Assembly (NCBI GenBank): GCA_951406725.2
Contig: OX597815.1
Coordinates: forward strand, 32,860,001 to 32,924,000
Length of the DNA stretch: 64,000 nt
Source of the DNA: Octopus vulgaris
Taxonomy: Eukaryota
Direction: 5' to 3'
This document shows, piece by piece, positions 26,754 through 39,727 of the stretch. Position 1 is the stretch's first letter; every line of letters begins with the position of its first letter. The position numbers and the translations under genes are program-made. Under the pieces are notes generated by a model. The model saw only the letters and a program-made list of their open reading frames with translations, searched no databases and was not told the origin of the DNA.

Positions 26754-27135
26754 GGAGGTGCAATGGCCCAGTGGTTAAGGCAGCGGACTCGCGGTTGTAG
26801 GATCGCGGTTTCGATTCCCAGACCGGGCATTGTGAGCGTTTATTAAGCGAAAACACCTAAAGCTCCACGAGGCTCCGGCAGGGATGGTGGTGATCCCTGC
26901 TGTACTCTTTCACCACAACTTTCTCTCACTCTTACTTCCTGTTTCTGTTGTACCTGTATTTCAAAGGGCTGGCCTTGTCACTCTCTGTGTCACGCTGAAT
27001 ATCCCCGAGAACTACGTTAAGGGTACACGTGTCTGTGGAGTGCTCAGCCACTTACACGTTAATTTCACGAGCAGGCTGTTCCGTTGATCGGATCAACCGG
27101 AACCCTCGTCGTCGTAACCGATGGAGTGCTTCCAC
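26754..27135 (+). mobile_element. Full-length tRNA-derived SINE (octopus OR/OK-like), young
   Basis: A-box TGGCCCAGTGG, B-box GTTTCGATTCC, exact 15-bp TSD ATAATCTTGCTTAGT (26739-26753, 27136-27150). Highly similar to 61805-62180. Confidence 0.92.
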
Positions 27136-28136
27136 ATAATCTTGCTTAGTATATCTAACTGAATCAAAAGAGATTATAGTTTTCATTTTGTTGCATGTGT
27201 CCTGCTGTCTCTGGTACAATTGCTTTGCTTTTTTTAGTCTTGTCCAAGTAAGGATAATAATAATGAATTTACGTATAGTGCTCAGGTGCACTACAACTCA
27301 TCATAGGTGCATGTATAGTGCATAGAATTGTGTACAAAAGTCATATGAATGGTACAATTTATTGTTGACTGATTGGTGTTTTAAAAGCTTGCAGATATAA
27401 GCTAAAACTTACCCAACACCTGAAGAAATCCATGGGAAACCATTCTGGCATTTCACTGCAAAGAACATAAATTTTCATTGGCATCCAAATTACCAGTAAT
27501 TTATACATGTGGCTGCAATTAGAGTCAAACTGACATCTGCTGTGTGTGTGTGTGTGTGTATGTATTAGTAATATGTAAGGTTAATTGTTATTTAGCGCTA
27601 GGTGGTATTATATGAAGTTAATTTTGTTTAGCCTTGACTGGGCTGACCTATAATCAAAAGCTTTCCTGCCATGGACATCCTGTTTTTTTTTTTATTTTCC
27701 GGACATAGTATGTCTAAAATTATGTTATCTGGTGTGTTCTTAAGACAATGGGTGTAATTTGAGGTGAACTGGATGCTGTTTCTTATATGTCAAGCGATCA
27801 CATAGTAAATTGGGTCTATTTGATGCCAGTTCTTAAACAAATAGGAATTTATTGACATCAGTTATGGTCTGCAGTAGTTCATCATTAACAAAATATGATA
27901 CAAGATATTGTTTACATAGTTAAATACATTTGTTGCTGTTGAAAAGCAAATTCCAATTGTTTTCTTTGGTAGTGAATTAAAAACAATTTTAAATATTATA
28001 ATGATGACATATCCCACTGCTCATATTTTATGTTTGATATTTTCTTTTCTTACCTTTTCTTTTATTTTTCACTGACTTATATTTGATTAAAGGTTGAGGA
28101 ATTTGTTTATTCATCTCTTTCTTCTTTTCATTCCAG

Positions 28137-28184
28137 ATAATTTTTCCTATTCGAAAGAACCAACTTTCCTTCGAAATAAACAAG
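28137..28184 (+). CDS. ABLIM: ABLIM-like exon (48 nt, phase 1-1; DNFSYSKEPTFLRNKQ)
   Basis: Strong pyrimidine tract + ttccag and AAG|gtatgt. Resembles the NIYKKPPIYK segment that follows HFHxP in ABLIM/dematin. Confidence 0.85.
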
Positions 28185-28967
28185 GTATGTTTAAAAAATT
28201 ATAATATAATGAAATTATTGTATACAGTGCTCATGTATATATGCATGTCTCTGTGTGTATGTGTTTATGATATATGATGTAAATAATTATATATGGCTTG
28301 GTGGTTAAACAGTTTGCTTCAAAACAATGTGGTTTCACAAGCAACTTCCACCTTAGCTGTAGGGATGCCCAAGTAGCGTAGGTCAGATTGGGTTGACAGA
28401 AACTTAGTGGAAGCCTATCAGATAAATGAAATATACAATTCAAAGTACCAAAGTATCATGACCCAGTTGTCATCTTTAATCTACCTGAGTATTATGTAAG
28501 GGCACAAGTGTCTGTGGGATACTCAACAACAATATTTCAATGAGTAGGTAGTTGCAGTAATTAGTGATTAAACCACTGGACTATTCATCATTGAAACTGA
28601 TGCATGATCCATTATGACAACCACCACTATCATCATCATCATCATTGTTAATTTGCATCCGTTTTCCATGCTGACATGGGTCAGACGGTTTGACTGGATC
28701 CAGTGAGTTGCACGACCATGACATGCTCCAATGGGAGAAAGTGATGGTGAGAGCATACCCTCAAGGAACAAGGTGAATACAAGAGAAAGAATAAGGATAG
28801 AGGAACAGAAAGGTGGGTGGTGGTGGTGGTGGTAGTGGTGGTTAGATAACTTCATAAGAATGTGAAAAGAGTGTGACAGATGATTATATCCAATAGAACA
28901 GCATCTTTTCTAAAGGAAGTTTTGCCCCTCATTGGCTTAAACAAAAATTGGAAATAATGTCTATAGA

Positions 28968-29243
28968 TTTGGCAATGACCTCACTAGCTACTGGACTGGC
29001 TCCTGTGCAGGTGGCATATAAAAAGCACCATTTGAGTGTGGCCGTTGCCAGTACCGCCTGACTGGCCCTCGTGCCGGTGGCACATAAAAGCACCCGCTAC
29101 ATCGAAGGGCATCCATCTGTAGAAACTCTGCCAGATCAGATTGGAGTCTGGTGCAGCCATCTGGTTTGCCAGACCTCAGTCAAATCGTCCAACCCATGCT
29201 AGCATGGAAAGTGGACATTAAATGACGGTGATGATAATGATAA
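28968..29243 (+). mobile_element. RTE-type 3'-end element with (GAT)n tail
   Basis: ...AACCCATGCTAGCATGGAAAG.GGAC.TTAAA.GATGAT terminus and internal GTGGCAC.TAAAAAGCACC repeats. Confidence 0.8.
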
Positions 29244-29420
29244 ATAACTATAGATTTCTGAGGTTTATGAGAGGATTAATGCCCTTGGTGAAGGCATCAG
29301 TGCAACTAAATTCCACCCTCTCTTCCCTGTAAAGAATATTTTATGCCTTTGTAAGAGCATTTTATTTCTTAAAGTATATAAGCATATTCTTACTTTTAAA
29401 CTTTCTTTTATTTTTTTTAG

Positions 29421-29438
29421 GAGGAATGATGCAGTTAG
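29421..29438 (+). CDS. ABLIM: ABLIM-like 18-nt microexon (phase 1-1; GGMMQL)
   Basis: ctttcttttattttttttag|GAGGAATGATGCAGTTAG|gtaaat. Frame-preserving between the 28137 and 30001 exons. Confidence 0.7.
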
Positions 29439-29531
29439 GTAAATATTTTAATTTTGATTACTTCCATATTGAAACTTCCTTCTTTCCTCTTAAATCTCTT
29501 TGTTCAATTTCTTCAAAAAATACCTAATATG

Positions 29532-29577
<46 letters not shown>

Positions 29578-29660
29578 TACTAATATAGGATGATGATTTT
29601 AAAAGTCTGTTATCAGCATATTGGCATAGAAATAATTTTCTTTTACCCTTGTTTATAAGT

Positions 29661-29698
<38 letters not shown>

Positions 29699-30000
29699 TT
29701 AGAAAAAACCCACCTTTTATCAATTCAAAATGAATAATTAAATTACACCATCTAGAAAATTACATATAATGGAAAAGTTAAAATTAAAATAACAATAAAA
29801 TGTAAAGATTAAGTAAATTGCAAAAATAATTAGTATAATTTGATTTAGTATTTCTAAATTGAATTCTTTTTCCTTGTAAGTTTGGATTTTATTCCCTCAA
29901 ATAATAATTATATATATATATATATGTAATATATAGACATACATACATATATTATATATTATGTATCTAATTTTATTATATTTTCACCTTTTTCTCAAAG

Positions 30001-30180
30001 CAACTAGCAAAACTGTTAAAGTTCGAAGAAGCGCATCACCTGTTGATTTGAAAAATGATGAAGCTGTTAGATTAAGTATGTTTCCTGCTGGGAAACCTCC
30101 ACTTCCTAATGAAATAACCAAGATTGAAAGAGAAGATTGGCCTGGGCCGCCATCTCCAGCTGCAATTCTACCCGAAATAA
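30001..30180 (+). CDS. ABLIM: ABLIM-like exon, AbLIM-anchor core (ATSKTVKVRRSASP...RLSMFPAGKPPLPNEITKIEREDWPGPPSPAAILPEI)
   Basis: tctcaaag acceptor, gtaagt donor, 180 nt, phase 1-1. FPAGKPP...KIEREDWPGPPS matches the dematin/ABLIM FPAAQPP...KIETDYWPCPPS motif. Confidence 0.95.
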
Positions 30181-31555
30181 GTAAGTTGCTCACTCAGAAT
30201 TATGCATGTTATCTATTTGTGCAGCGGGAAATATTCTTTGTTAATATTTACTATTATTTTTAGTTTAGACACAAAATCGTAGATCTTTTTCTTTCTCTTT
30301 TTAACTTATTCATATGATGTTTTGTTCAACGCTGTACTATTTCTGCCAGTTCATTACATGGATATGATACTGATTTCTAACATACGCATAAAGTTACACA
30401 TATGTACTAGAGGGAATAGATAATCTCTATATGGACCATTATCATCATTCTACTTCTTGAGTGGTAATTATTTTGTTTGTCCATAAAGGGATGAGAGACA
30501 AAGTTGATATTAGTTGAATTTGAACTCAACACATAAAGGGGCAGAGCTAAATACCCCAAAACATTTGACTTAATCACTGACTGTCACCTGTATTTAATAT
30601 GATCATGTTGAAATGTCATACCCTCTCTAAAAGTAAAATCTTTTCTCTTCACCTAACTACAGATAAATCCATGTTTGATTTTGCTACCTTCAACACTTTA
30701 CATCTTTTATAATATCCACTAATTCTACCTGTCTGATAGTTATATATATTAGTTATAACTCTGCATTACTGCAAATCTATAGAAATTTGCTCATTGACAT
30801 TTTTAAAATTCAAAACTTCTTATTTACTTTCTTCTTTATTGATGATAACCATTCTATATTGTGGCTATGACAAAATAAAAGATGTGAATTCAGTCACTCT
30901 TTTTGCCAATCTTTTTATTTTCTTAGCACTTTCCTAGTAATTGAACTCTTGTTAAAATCAAATATGTTTTTGAGTGAATAAAAGTTCAACCTAACTAGAT
31001 TTAGAAGGTGTTTTTTTTTTGCCCCCCTCCCCCCAAGTTTTTTTTATACATATCACAAATATTTATAATGTGATGACCTTATCATCATTATGTGAAATTG
31101 AAATATTTGAAAATTTTTGCTACTTAAACAAGCCTAAAAAACGAGTGATGCAAAGAGATATTTCACTTAGAAAAATGCAAAGAAAGCGAAAAATTATAAC
31201 TCTGTAATCACATGCTTTCCGTTTCACAAAATTTCTCTTTCTTACCCACTCACTGTTATTACTGAGCATTGACATTTGTAAACTTGCAGGGCAAATAGAA
31301 TTTTTATATTTATTTTAAAAGTTAAACTGAGGTTATTTTAAAGTATATATAAGAATAATAACTGAACATGTATTGATTGGTGGGTGGTGGGGTTTAATAC
31401 TAAATTTAGAGTCAAATTTATTATAAGATTTTTGCTGAAAGTTTTGCCTGACAGTGTAATCAACCCATCACACTTGGTTGAATAAGCTGTCAGATGAATT
31501 TTATGATATATTTATTTTACATTTTAATTGTTGATTCTCTCATTTCTATTTAAAG

Positions 31556-31816
31556 TGAGACAAAGGCGAAAAAGTAAAGGAGAAGAAGAGGAAGACACTG
31601 AGGAACAACCTACAGAGGACCCTAAAAAGAAAAAAGAATTCGAAGAAATGTCCAAGTTGAAGGATAGATCCGGTTTGGGATGTGTTATCTACAAAGAATT
31701 AGCTGAGCGCAAGTCTTTGCCTCCCCCTCCACTGGATCCTTGGAAAGCATCAAGGGTCCCCTCAGCTAAATACGAGCCCAAGTTCAGCACAAGATATCAG
31801 TCCCCTATGTTTGCTT
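31556..31816 (+). CDS. ABLIM: ABLIM-like exon (MRQRRKSKGEEEED...EMSKLKDRSGLGCVIYKEL...DPWKASRVPSAKYEPKFSTRYQSPMFA)
   Basis: tttaaag acceptor, gtaagt donor, 261 nt, phase 1-1. Acidic run, SGLG-x-I-x-KE and ASRxPSA..EP...RYxSP are family motifs. Confidence 0.95.
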
Positions 31817-32377
31817 GTAAGTATGATCGTCACATTAGCACACTTGAATTTATTTCATTTTCGCATTCAGGCCCACTCATTATTCAGAACCTATAGTGTA
31901 TTAGGAAGTTCATAAAACAAATTTTTTAAATAAATGAAAGCAACACAATGAGTGTCTGATTGTTTATACAATGTTATTTTTCTATTTGATACTTATTTTG
32001 ATTTCTTTCATAACTTTCTTATGATGTTTTTCTTTAAGACTTACAGACTCCTGCCTGTATATAAACTAGATAATATGCTTTTCTGTTCTTAATCTTATAC
32101 AATTTGAATAAGTTTTGTGTTAAAAATTCTTGTAATATCTAAGCCTGGCAGAGGGAGTGGAATATTATGAAGAATTCTTGCACGCATTCTTTGAGATATA
32201 TTATCCTGCTGGAATTCAAATGACTTTTATAATTTTGGAGAAAACACCCAGTTTCATTTGCTTTACATATTTAGATTATCAATTCATTAAATCTGAGAAA
32301 TGTTTAATTTTAAGATTATTATTTCGCTCTTGTAATATAAACTACTTTTCAATTGTGGGTGTGTACACGAACACATT

Positions 32378-32409
<32 letters not shown>

Positions 32410-32559
32410 AAAAGAGAACCAAATAGATACTCACTCACTTCACTGTACTAATTTCAAACATGTAGCTATGGCCATGCTTGAGCACACCATAAATATATTT
32501 ATATTATAATGTTATGCATGCGCGTGCGTGCACACACACACACACGCAAATGTATGTAT

Positions 32560-33010
32560 AGTTGAAGGATTTGATAGGAGAGGATAAAGATGTATAACAT
32601 TCAGGACAACTGACTGTGAATGATAGATCAGATCTGTAGCTGGTGTAAAGTTCCAGTCAGACCAAAGGTAATGTGATGGTGGAACAGTCAGGGTAGACAT
32701 AGCCATAAAACTGAAGAGACATGCTTGGAAAGTTCAGGTAGTAGGGAATTGTATTAGGTAGTTAGAAAAGAAGCTAGTGATAGGTTTGCATAGCAGAAGT
32801 AAGAGGTTTGCCAATGTTCCATAACATGATGTGTTCTGGATTGCAAAGTAGTATATCCAGGAGAATCAAGGTGTTGTGGATATGAAGTATGTGTTGATGG
32901 ATAAGGGTACACTTGCACTTAGATTCTAAGAATAAAGAGGCACAGAAGTACTGTAATGAAAGGCTATTAAATATGGAGAGTGCATGGGAGAAAGAAGGCC
33001 TTCCTATTGT
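32560..33010 (-). mobile_element. Possible LINE endonuclease remnant
   Basis: ORF 32512-32706 loosely resembles the C-terminal end of APE domains; purine-rich + strand as for antisense LINEs. Weak. Confidence 0.3.
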
Positions 33011-33039
33011 GGAGTGGACCTAAGATAGGGACTAGCTAT

Positions 33040-35008
33040 CCTAGCTGACAGCGGTATGATAGTTAATGCATTTAAGGATATGAAAGTAAAGAAAGCCTCT
33101 GGTCCATCTGAAATCCCTGCTCAGATACTTAAAATATCTGATGTCATAGGACACAACCTAGTTACCTGTATAATTAATTAGGTTGTACAAGAAGATATCA
33201 TACCTAAAGACTTGTGTAGCCATGTTATAGTCAACTGTAAAAAGGATAAAGGTGATAATTTAGAACAGGTTTGGGAAAACCCCCGCCCACAGGTGCAATT
33301 GCACCTGCAAGCCCATTTTATTATGCCTGCAGGCTGGTATACTCATATGTACAAAATATAGTAAATTTTTCAATTATAAAATTTATACAATATTCATATG
33401 CCAATTTGTGGCATAGGTTGTGTTTTCTCTACAATTTAAAATGGTTAGACTCAAACAGAAAATCATTTGGTAATTGCCATTTGAATGGAAATTTTATTTT
33501 CACTATTAAACACATATTGCTAAGTTTGTACCACCCACTTGAGACCTAACTACACTCTAGCTGAAAAATATAGAATGCCTCATGAGTAGTATAAATGTTC
33601 TAAATTCAGTGGCAGCGTTAATGAAGATGTTACACATTACTTTAATGTGTTAAACTTATCTTTATTAATGTATATCGAATTATACATAGATATATACAAG
33701 ATTTGCACAGAAATAAGAGTTAGAACTTGTGATCCACCTGCAGACCTTTTTCTTTGTAAATTTTTGCCCGCTGCATTAAAAAGTTTTCCCACCCCTAATT
33801 TAGACAGAAGTAATTACAGACTTATCAGATTTCTGGACTAGGTCATGGAAGTTACAGAGAAACAGAAATAGACTAGATGAGATGCAGTTTGGCTTTGTGA
33901 CAAGTACTACTGATACCCTCTTTCTAGTAAAGCAACTGCAGAAAAAGTAATTAACCAAAAAATAAACCATTTTATTTCACATTTGCTGACTTGGGGGGAG
34001 TCTTTGTCAGGGTCCCACATTCTGTGATGTGATGGTCTCTGAGGAAGCTAGGGATTAACAAATGGTTTGTGAGAGCCATACAAGCCATGTACAGGGGTGC
34101 TATTTGTAAGATATTAGTGTTACAAACATGTAATCTGCTGTTTACATGTTTGGAAGTTAGTGATGAATATAACAATGAATTTGGTGTACAGTTAGGATTC
34201 ACCGGAACCCAGTTCTCAGTCCTCTCCTATTCATCATATTCTTCCAGACCATAACAGATGAATTTAAGACCAGTTGCCTTTAGGAACTTCTCTATGTTGA
34301 TGATCTCATTCTTAGAGAAGAATATGTAATTGAATTAGAAAGGGGATTCCAGGTGTGGAAGCAAAACTTGAATCAAAGAGGCTTAAAGTTAACTTAGCAA
34401 AAACCAAAGTTTGAGGAAACGGGTAGACAAGCAGGTCTCTAAACTCACTTCAGTAAAATGACCCTACTGAGTATGTATGTGTTAGCAGAAATTCTATATG
34501 GTGTACTCAGTGCAAGCAATAGATATACAAGAGGTGTAGTGGCATCATAGGAAAATTTACTGAGAAAGTAAACTTTATATGTAGATGTGCAGGAAGAATA
34601 AACTCTTAAGAATATATAGAAAAAGATTTTCTCAAATGTCCAGGAGATTCCTTAGAGATAGTATATAGTATCTGTTACATGGGTGGTCTAAATAGCAGTG
34701 GAAGAGGATGTTCTGTAAGTATAGTGTTAGAATAAGAACATGATAGCGAAAGTTCAGAGAGCTATTGCCTTTGTTGGTAACAAAAGCTATCTCTCTTTCT
34801 CTCAGAGTGAACAGCAGATTACATGATGCTTATGTATGAACAACAATGCTACATGGTTAGTGAGACATGGACTCTAAATGCAGAGGACATTCAAAGATTA
34901 GAAAGAAATGAAACTAGCTTGTTCTGTTGAATGTGTAAAATTCAGTGTACAGTAACAACAAATTGCAAATGTTTTGAGAAAAAAAATTAGGCATAAGAGG
35001 AATCAGCT
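33040..35008 (+). mobile_element. Decayed RTE-clade LINE reverse transcriptase, interrupted by a hAT element
   Basis: Remnant motifs KASGPS, LDRSNYRLIRFLD, EMQFGFV, VRAIQAMY, LLYVDDL. Same family as the 22215 copy, in opposite orientation. Confidence 0.85.
33266..33797. mobile_element. Non-autonomous hAT (Buster/Charlie-type) element nested in the RTE
   Basis: Imperfect TIRs CAGGTTTGGGAAAAC / GTTTTCCCACCCCTA; 8-bp TSD ATTTAGAA/ATTTAGAC (NNNTANNN). Removing it rejoins the RT segment KG-D-x-L-D-R-S-N-Y-R. Confidence 0.8.
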
Positions 35009-35606
35009 AACTAGAAATGATCATGCAGTAAATAAAAATTTTAATGTAACTTTTTCATTTTCTAAGTAAGTACAAAGGGCATGTCCAGACATGTTTCTTC
35101 TTTATTCTGACCTCCTCTCCAAAGTGTAGTCTTCACTGTACTTGCCTTTGTGGTGTTAAAAGAATAGGAAAATAGAATTGTTTTGATATTAAATTCAGAG
35201 ACAATAAAGGCTAATATATGTAATAAGAATGAGTAGCAATAAATTAAAATGTAAGATCATTGAAAATATATTGGTAGAAGATAATAATTCTAAAAATTAT
35301 TTCAATTAGTTTATACATATTTTGTTTTACAAGACCTAAATGGCTTAAAATCTCAGTTCATGAGATATTTTTGTGCTGTCTCAAAACCTTTTGAGCCTAT
35401 AAAAGCACATTATCATTGAACTGGTTATATTCATTTTGTTACTAACTACAAATTTTACGAACAAATGGAATAGGATTTAATCCTACTGCAACAGCAAGTC
35501 CAGCAGATTGAAGAAGCTGCAGCAACCACTGTGCAATGCAGACATATTAATTAGACTGATTATTTACGTGGCTCATGAATGCTTTCCGTTTATTTTGTTT
35601 TTTCAG

Positions 35607-35699
35607 CGCCATCTCGTTTCTTGGATCGACCCCAGAGAGCATGGGATGATGGAGATATCAGAGCATGTAGGTCTTTAACTAGGATACCCAATTACCCAG
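35607..35699 (+). CDS. ABLIM: ABLIM-like exon (SPSRFLDRPQRAWDDGDIRACRSLTRIPNYP)
   Basis: tttttcag acceptor completes the ASPSR motif. CAG|gtgtgt donor; 93 nt, phase 1-1. A second in-phase donor lies after 35666. Confidence 0.85.
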
Positions 35700-38249
35700 G
35701 TGTGTTCGTGCTAACTGTTCTCCTTGACACTAGACTTCTAGTGTCTCAAGTGAACTGTACTACCTCTCCTGCTTGGTACTTGGGAAATCATCTCTGGTTT
35801 TTCTTTTCAGTGTTGTAGCTTTCATTGCGTGGCTTTACCAACCCTATTGCTCCTTAGATTTTTTTTTTTCTTCTTCTTGCCTTGCTTTCTTTCATAATAT
35901 TTAATGAATACATCTATTTTATTCCCTATTCTTTTACATGTTATTTTCCCTTCTTGCAGCAGTTGGCATCTGGCAATTTATTTACGCATTTGGCTATTTC
36001 TTTCATCAATATTTTTCATTCACATCTAATATATTCATTTCACTCCTACCTAAAAACATTAATTTTATAAAACTGAAATTTTACTTCAAAACAAAACAAA
36101 ACAAAATAACAAAATTATTTTTTTTTTTAATATTTTCGGAATTTTTGATGCTCAACAAGGCTGCTGACCAAATGTCTATATGCAATTTGTTTTCCTTCCT
36201 GTTTTAGCCTATTTTTTTCTACACCTGAATTTTTTTTTTCATTTAATTATCTTTCTATTTTTCTTTAGTCACTGTGTGAAATATTTTTAGTTGATAGTTT
36301 GCTGTTCAAATAGTCTGCACCAAATTGTAAAATACACTGTCTTATGAATAATTGATATGTTTTTTTTTTCCTTCTCCCTCACTGCAAAGCTGCTTGGCAC
36401 AAATGTTCTTCTTTTTCTTATTTCACAAATTTTTCTTGCTGTACTTTTCTTTCTCTAGTTACATTTGCTGTACTTAAACTTAGTTGTACTTCGCACTAAT
36501 TGTAATTTCAAGTATTTTACTTAACACTGGAGTAAAACCATTTGACATGTTAGTTTTATTCTGTAATCTTAGCTAGAGAATGTTAGTAAGATACTAACAC
36601 TTACTTCACTGTAGACCCTAACAATTTAAAACCCTATATCTCAGATCAGTTCTTCTATGACATAACATTCAGACTGTTGAAAAAGTATTTACAGACAAAC
36701 TAATGAAAGTAATTTAATAGCTGTATGTTGATATTTCTTCAACTTTCATTATTTAGCAATTGGTGTTAATCCTAATTATAGTTTGAAATTTAATCTATTT
36801 ACACTTCTCCCTACAAAACTCTTCAAATAATGGCTTTCTATGTAATGTTGAAAAAGAACAGCTAAATTAAACCTAATCACAGTTACCCTAAATAAACATC
36901 AACAATAAGTATAAATAATTCTTAATAAGGTTAAATATTTCAGTATAAAAAATGTTCAATTTGGTTAGATGTAATTCACGTTACTGTAGCTTTCAATTTT
37001 TAAAAACTGCTTATAAAAAAAAGAAATTTTTTTATTTGCACAAAAGCTTTATACATCTTTAGTTGCTGGCTATTAACCCTGAATCTTTCAGGGGAAGCTA
37101 TCTGCTATACAGCAGATTGACAACACTGAAGCTTATAATTCTTTTACATTCATTAATCTGAGGAGGAAGAGGAGCAGGAAGAGCAAAGATTTAGTTTGGT
37201 TTGGTTATTAGACTGAAGTATAATGGTGTGAAAAATAAATATTGTTTGTTTTTTTAATTTTAAATTAAGAGTTTTTAATAGTGGTAGGGGGTGGGTTTAG
37301 GGTTAATTAGGGGAGAGAACAGTTTGTCCGAAAAGAGAGTTGTAGGAGGAAGAGGTGTTGATACATAATGAGTTTGATTAATTGAAGGTAAAGATGTTCA
37401 TTTAGTGGGTTGTTAAGTTTGCAAATTCAGAGAGGCAGAGGTCATAGCAGTGGGCGGTGGAAAATTGATTTGATGCAATATTGATGAGAATATAAAAGAA
37501 ACAAGATTGAAGTATTGAGAGAGAGAGAGAGATCAAGTAAGTAGTGATGGTTAAGGAAGAAGAGACAAAAAGTTGTGGGATGGCTTTTGGTCTCCTAATG
37601 TAACAATGTAAGTGATCTGAATTCACCTTGGGATTGAAACCTCAACTTGTCAGTAATAAAAATCGTTGGCTCTAGGTTGATATGTTCAGGGATTAACTGC
37701 AACTAACAATAATTGTAGTAGTAGTAGTAGTAGTAGTAGTAGTAACCATATATTCTAACAATTTACATTGAGATAATATCCATAAGTAGTTCTTATGAAT
37801 GCATGTAAAGTCTCAATTGCATAAGTATGGAAAAGAGGTTGGGAAGTTGTGATGCTCATGCCTTTTCTAAAGGCAAAAACATCACAACTTTCTCAAAACC
37901 AAATCTCAGTTTCACTTCACTGGTAATCATTGCAATACTATACTTGCTCCACTCCTGCTTCTCTTCTTCCTCCTTCTCTGCCTCTTCATCTTCATAATTT
38001 TAGCAATCTCTTTTATTTTTCTGCTAATGTGGGTTGGATGGGTCTACAACAAATCATTCTATTTATCTCGCATCATCTCTTTGAGGCCCAGTGCTTTTGG
38101 ATTTAATCTCACCTTTTCCTTCCAAATCTTCTTTGGATTTAGCCAAACCAAAGGTGTCAATCAGAAGCAATTCACTGGAGCTTTCATTTTTCAAAAATCA
38201 TATTTTTTAATATCATTCCCTTTTGTTATTGTAACTGTCCTTGTTTTGT

Positions 38250-38505
38250 AATAATGATAATAATAATAATAATAATAATAATGATGATGACATTAATAAC
38301 CATAATTTTAAATAATAATAATAATAATAATGATGACATTAATAACCATAATTTTAAATAATAATAATAATAATAATAATGATGACATTAATAACCATAA
38401 TTTTAAATAATAATAATGACATTAATAACCATAATTTTAAATAATGATAATAATGATAATAATAAATAACCTTTAATAACCATAATTTTAAATAATGATA
38501 ATAAT

Positions 38506-38540
<35 letters not shown>

Positions 38541-38573
38541 TGTAATAATAATGATAATAATAACAACAACAAC
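38250..38573. repeat. (AAT)n-embedded minisatellite, 5 units of GACATTAATAACCATAATTTTAAAT
   Basis: The unit recurs five times with variable (AAT)n spacers. Confidence 0.9.
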
Positions 38574-38714
38574 ATTCAGGATGTAAATTCAATGCCACAA
38601 ATAAATGGGTAATCGTTTAAAAAATGTTAAGCAAAACAAAAATCAGAACAGGATTTACCATGTTTTATACACATCACACATTATATGTCTAACTCTGCTA
38701 GGTACAGCCTATAT

Positions 38715-39520
38715 CAGTGTTTCCCAAACTTTTCACGCCAAATTGCAATATCGCCCACCTATTGGCCAAAAAATGATCCATTGCCCACCTGTGTAAAAAA
38801 AAAAAAAAACCCTGACACAACCCCACAACACAAAATGCCCTAGCACCCCACTCTATCATTTGACACACACACACTATATCGTAGACTCGTTGCCCTGTTA
38901 GTGTCGTTTGTACTAAATATGCGGTTGTTTACAAATCCCTTATTGTGGGTTTAGTTTTGCCATTAGTATCAATAAAATTCTAACGTTAACTCTATATTTT
39001 TCAGACAGATTAACTTCTGGAAACTTGCACCTCCTTTTACACTGATTTTCATTTTTCTGAAATGAACCATTGATCAGAACTACCGATGCAAAAATAATTA
39101 ATGATTGTATTTTAAAGGAAAAGAATTAAACTTTTTAATAAGAACCATGTGTCTGGTGCGATGCAGCTAGTGCAAATACACTCGGTTGCAAACTTGTCAA
39201 CTTTAGCCGCAAGTCTCCTCATTTTGTTACATCCAGTCCAATTCTTTTATGGGAAAGCAAAGTTCCAACATGGTTAAAACCAGGTATGAGGTAGGGAAGG
39301 CAAGCAAAAGTAAAACCAGATTCAACCAGGTGTGAGGTAGGGCAGGCAAGCAAAAGTAATTTCAGATGTTTCCATAGACTGGGGTTGGAATTCAATATAC
39401 ACTGATGGTACCACAAACCTTCTTTGCCGTTACGATGATATTGCATTGTGGCGCCATTGTCATTTTGTAATTCTATCAATTCCTCCTGAACATCATCCTC
39501 ACAATCGACTGCATCAACCT
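38715..39520 (-). mobile_element. hAT Charlie/Buster transposon 3' remnant (transposase dimerisation domain pseudogene)
   Basis: VQEELIELQND...PSLWKHLKLLLLACPTSHLVESGF...LLSHKRIGLDVTK*GDLRLKLT. TIR CAGTGTTTCCCAAACTTTT at 38715, preceded by GCCTATAT (NNNTANNN). Confidence 0.85.
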
Positions 39521-39727
39521 CAAACTGTCCAACCCATGCCAGCTGGAAAACAGACATTAAATGATGATGATGATTATATATACATATATACATGCACACA
39601 CACACATATAGAAAAATTATGATTTAGAGGTTATGCAACCATCTAAATGTATCTGTAGGCACTACTGGTGTATTACCTAACTATGTATAGGCTTGCTATA
39701 AGGCTAACAGCAGTTGGTAATTTAAAT

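Noticed and set aside
26754-26830. tRNA-like sequence (also at 61805)
   Set aside because: SINE head with a downstream body and TSDs; not a standalone tRNA gene.
38250-38573. Repeat-spacer pattern superficially like a CRISPR array
   Set aside because: Spacers are (AAT)n, the context is a eukaryotic intron and there are no cas genes.
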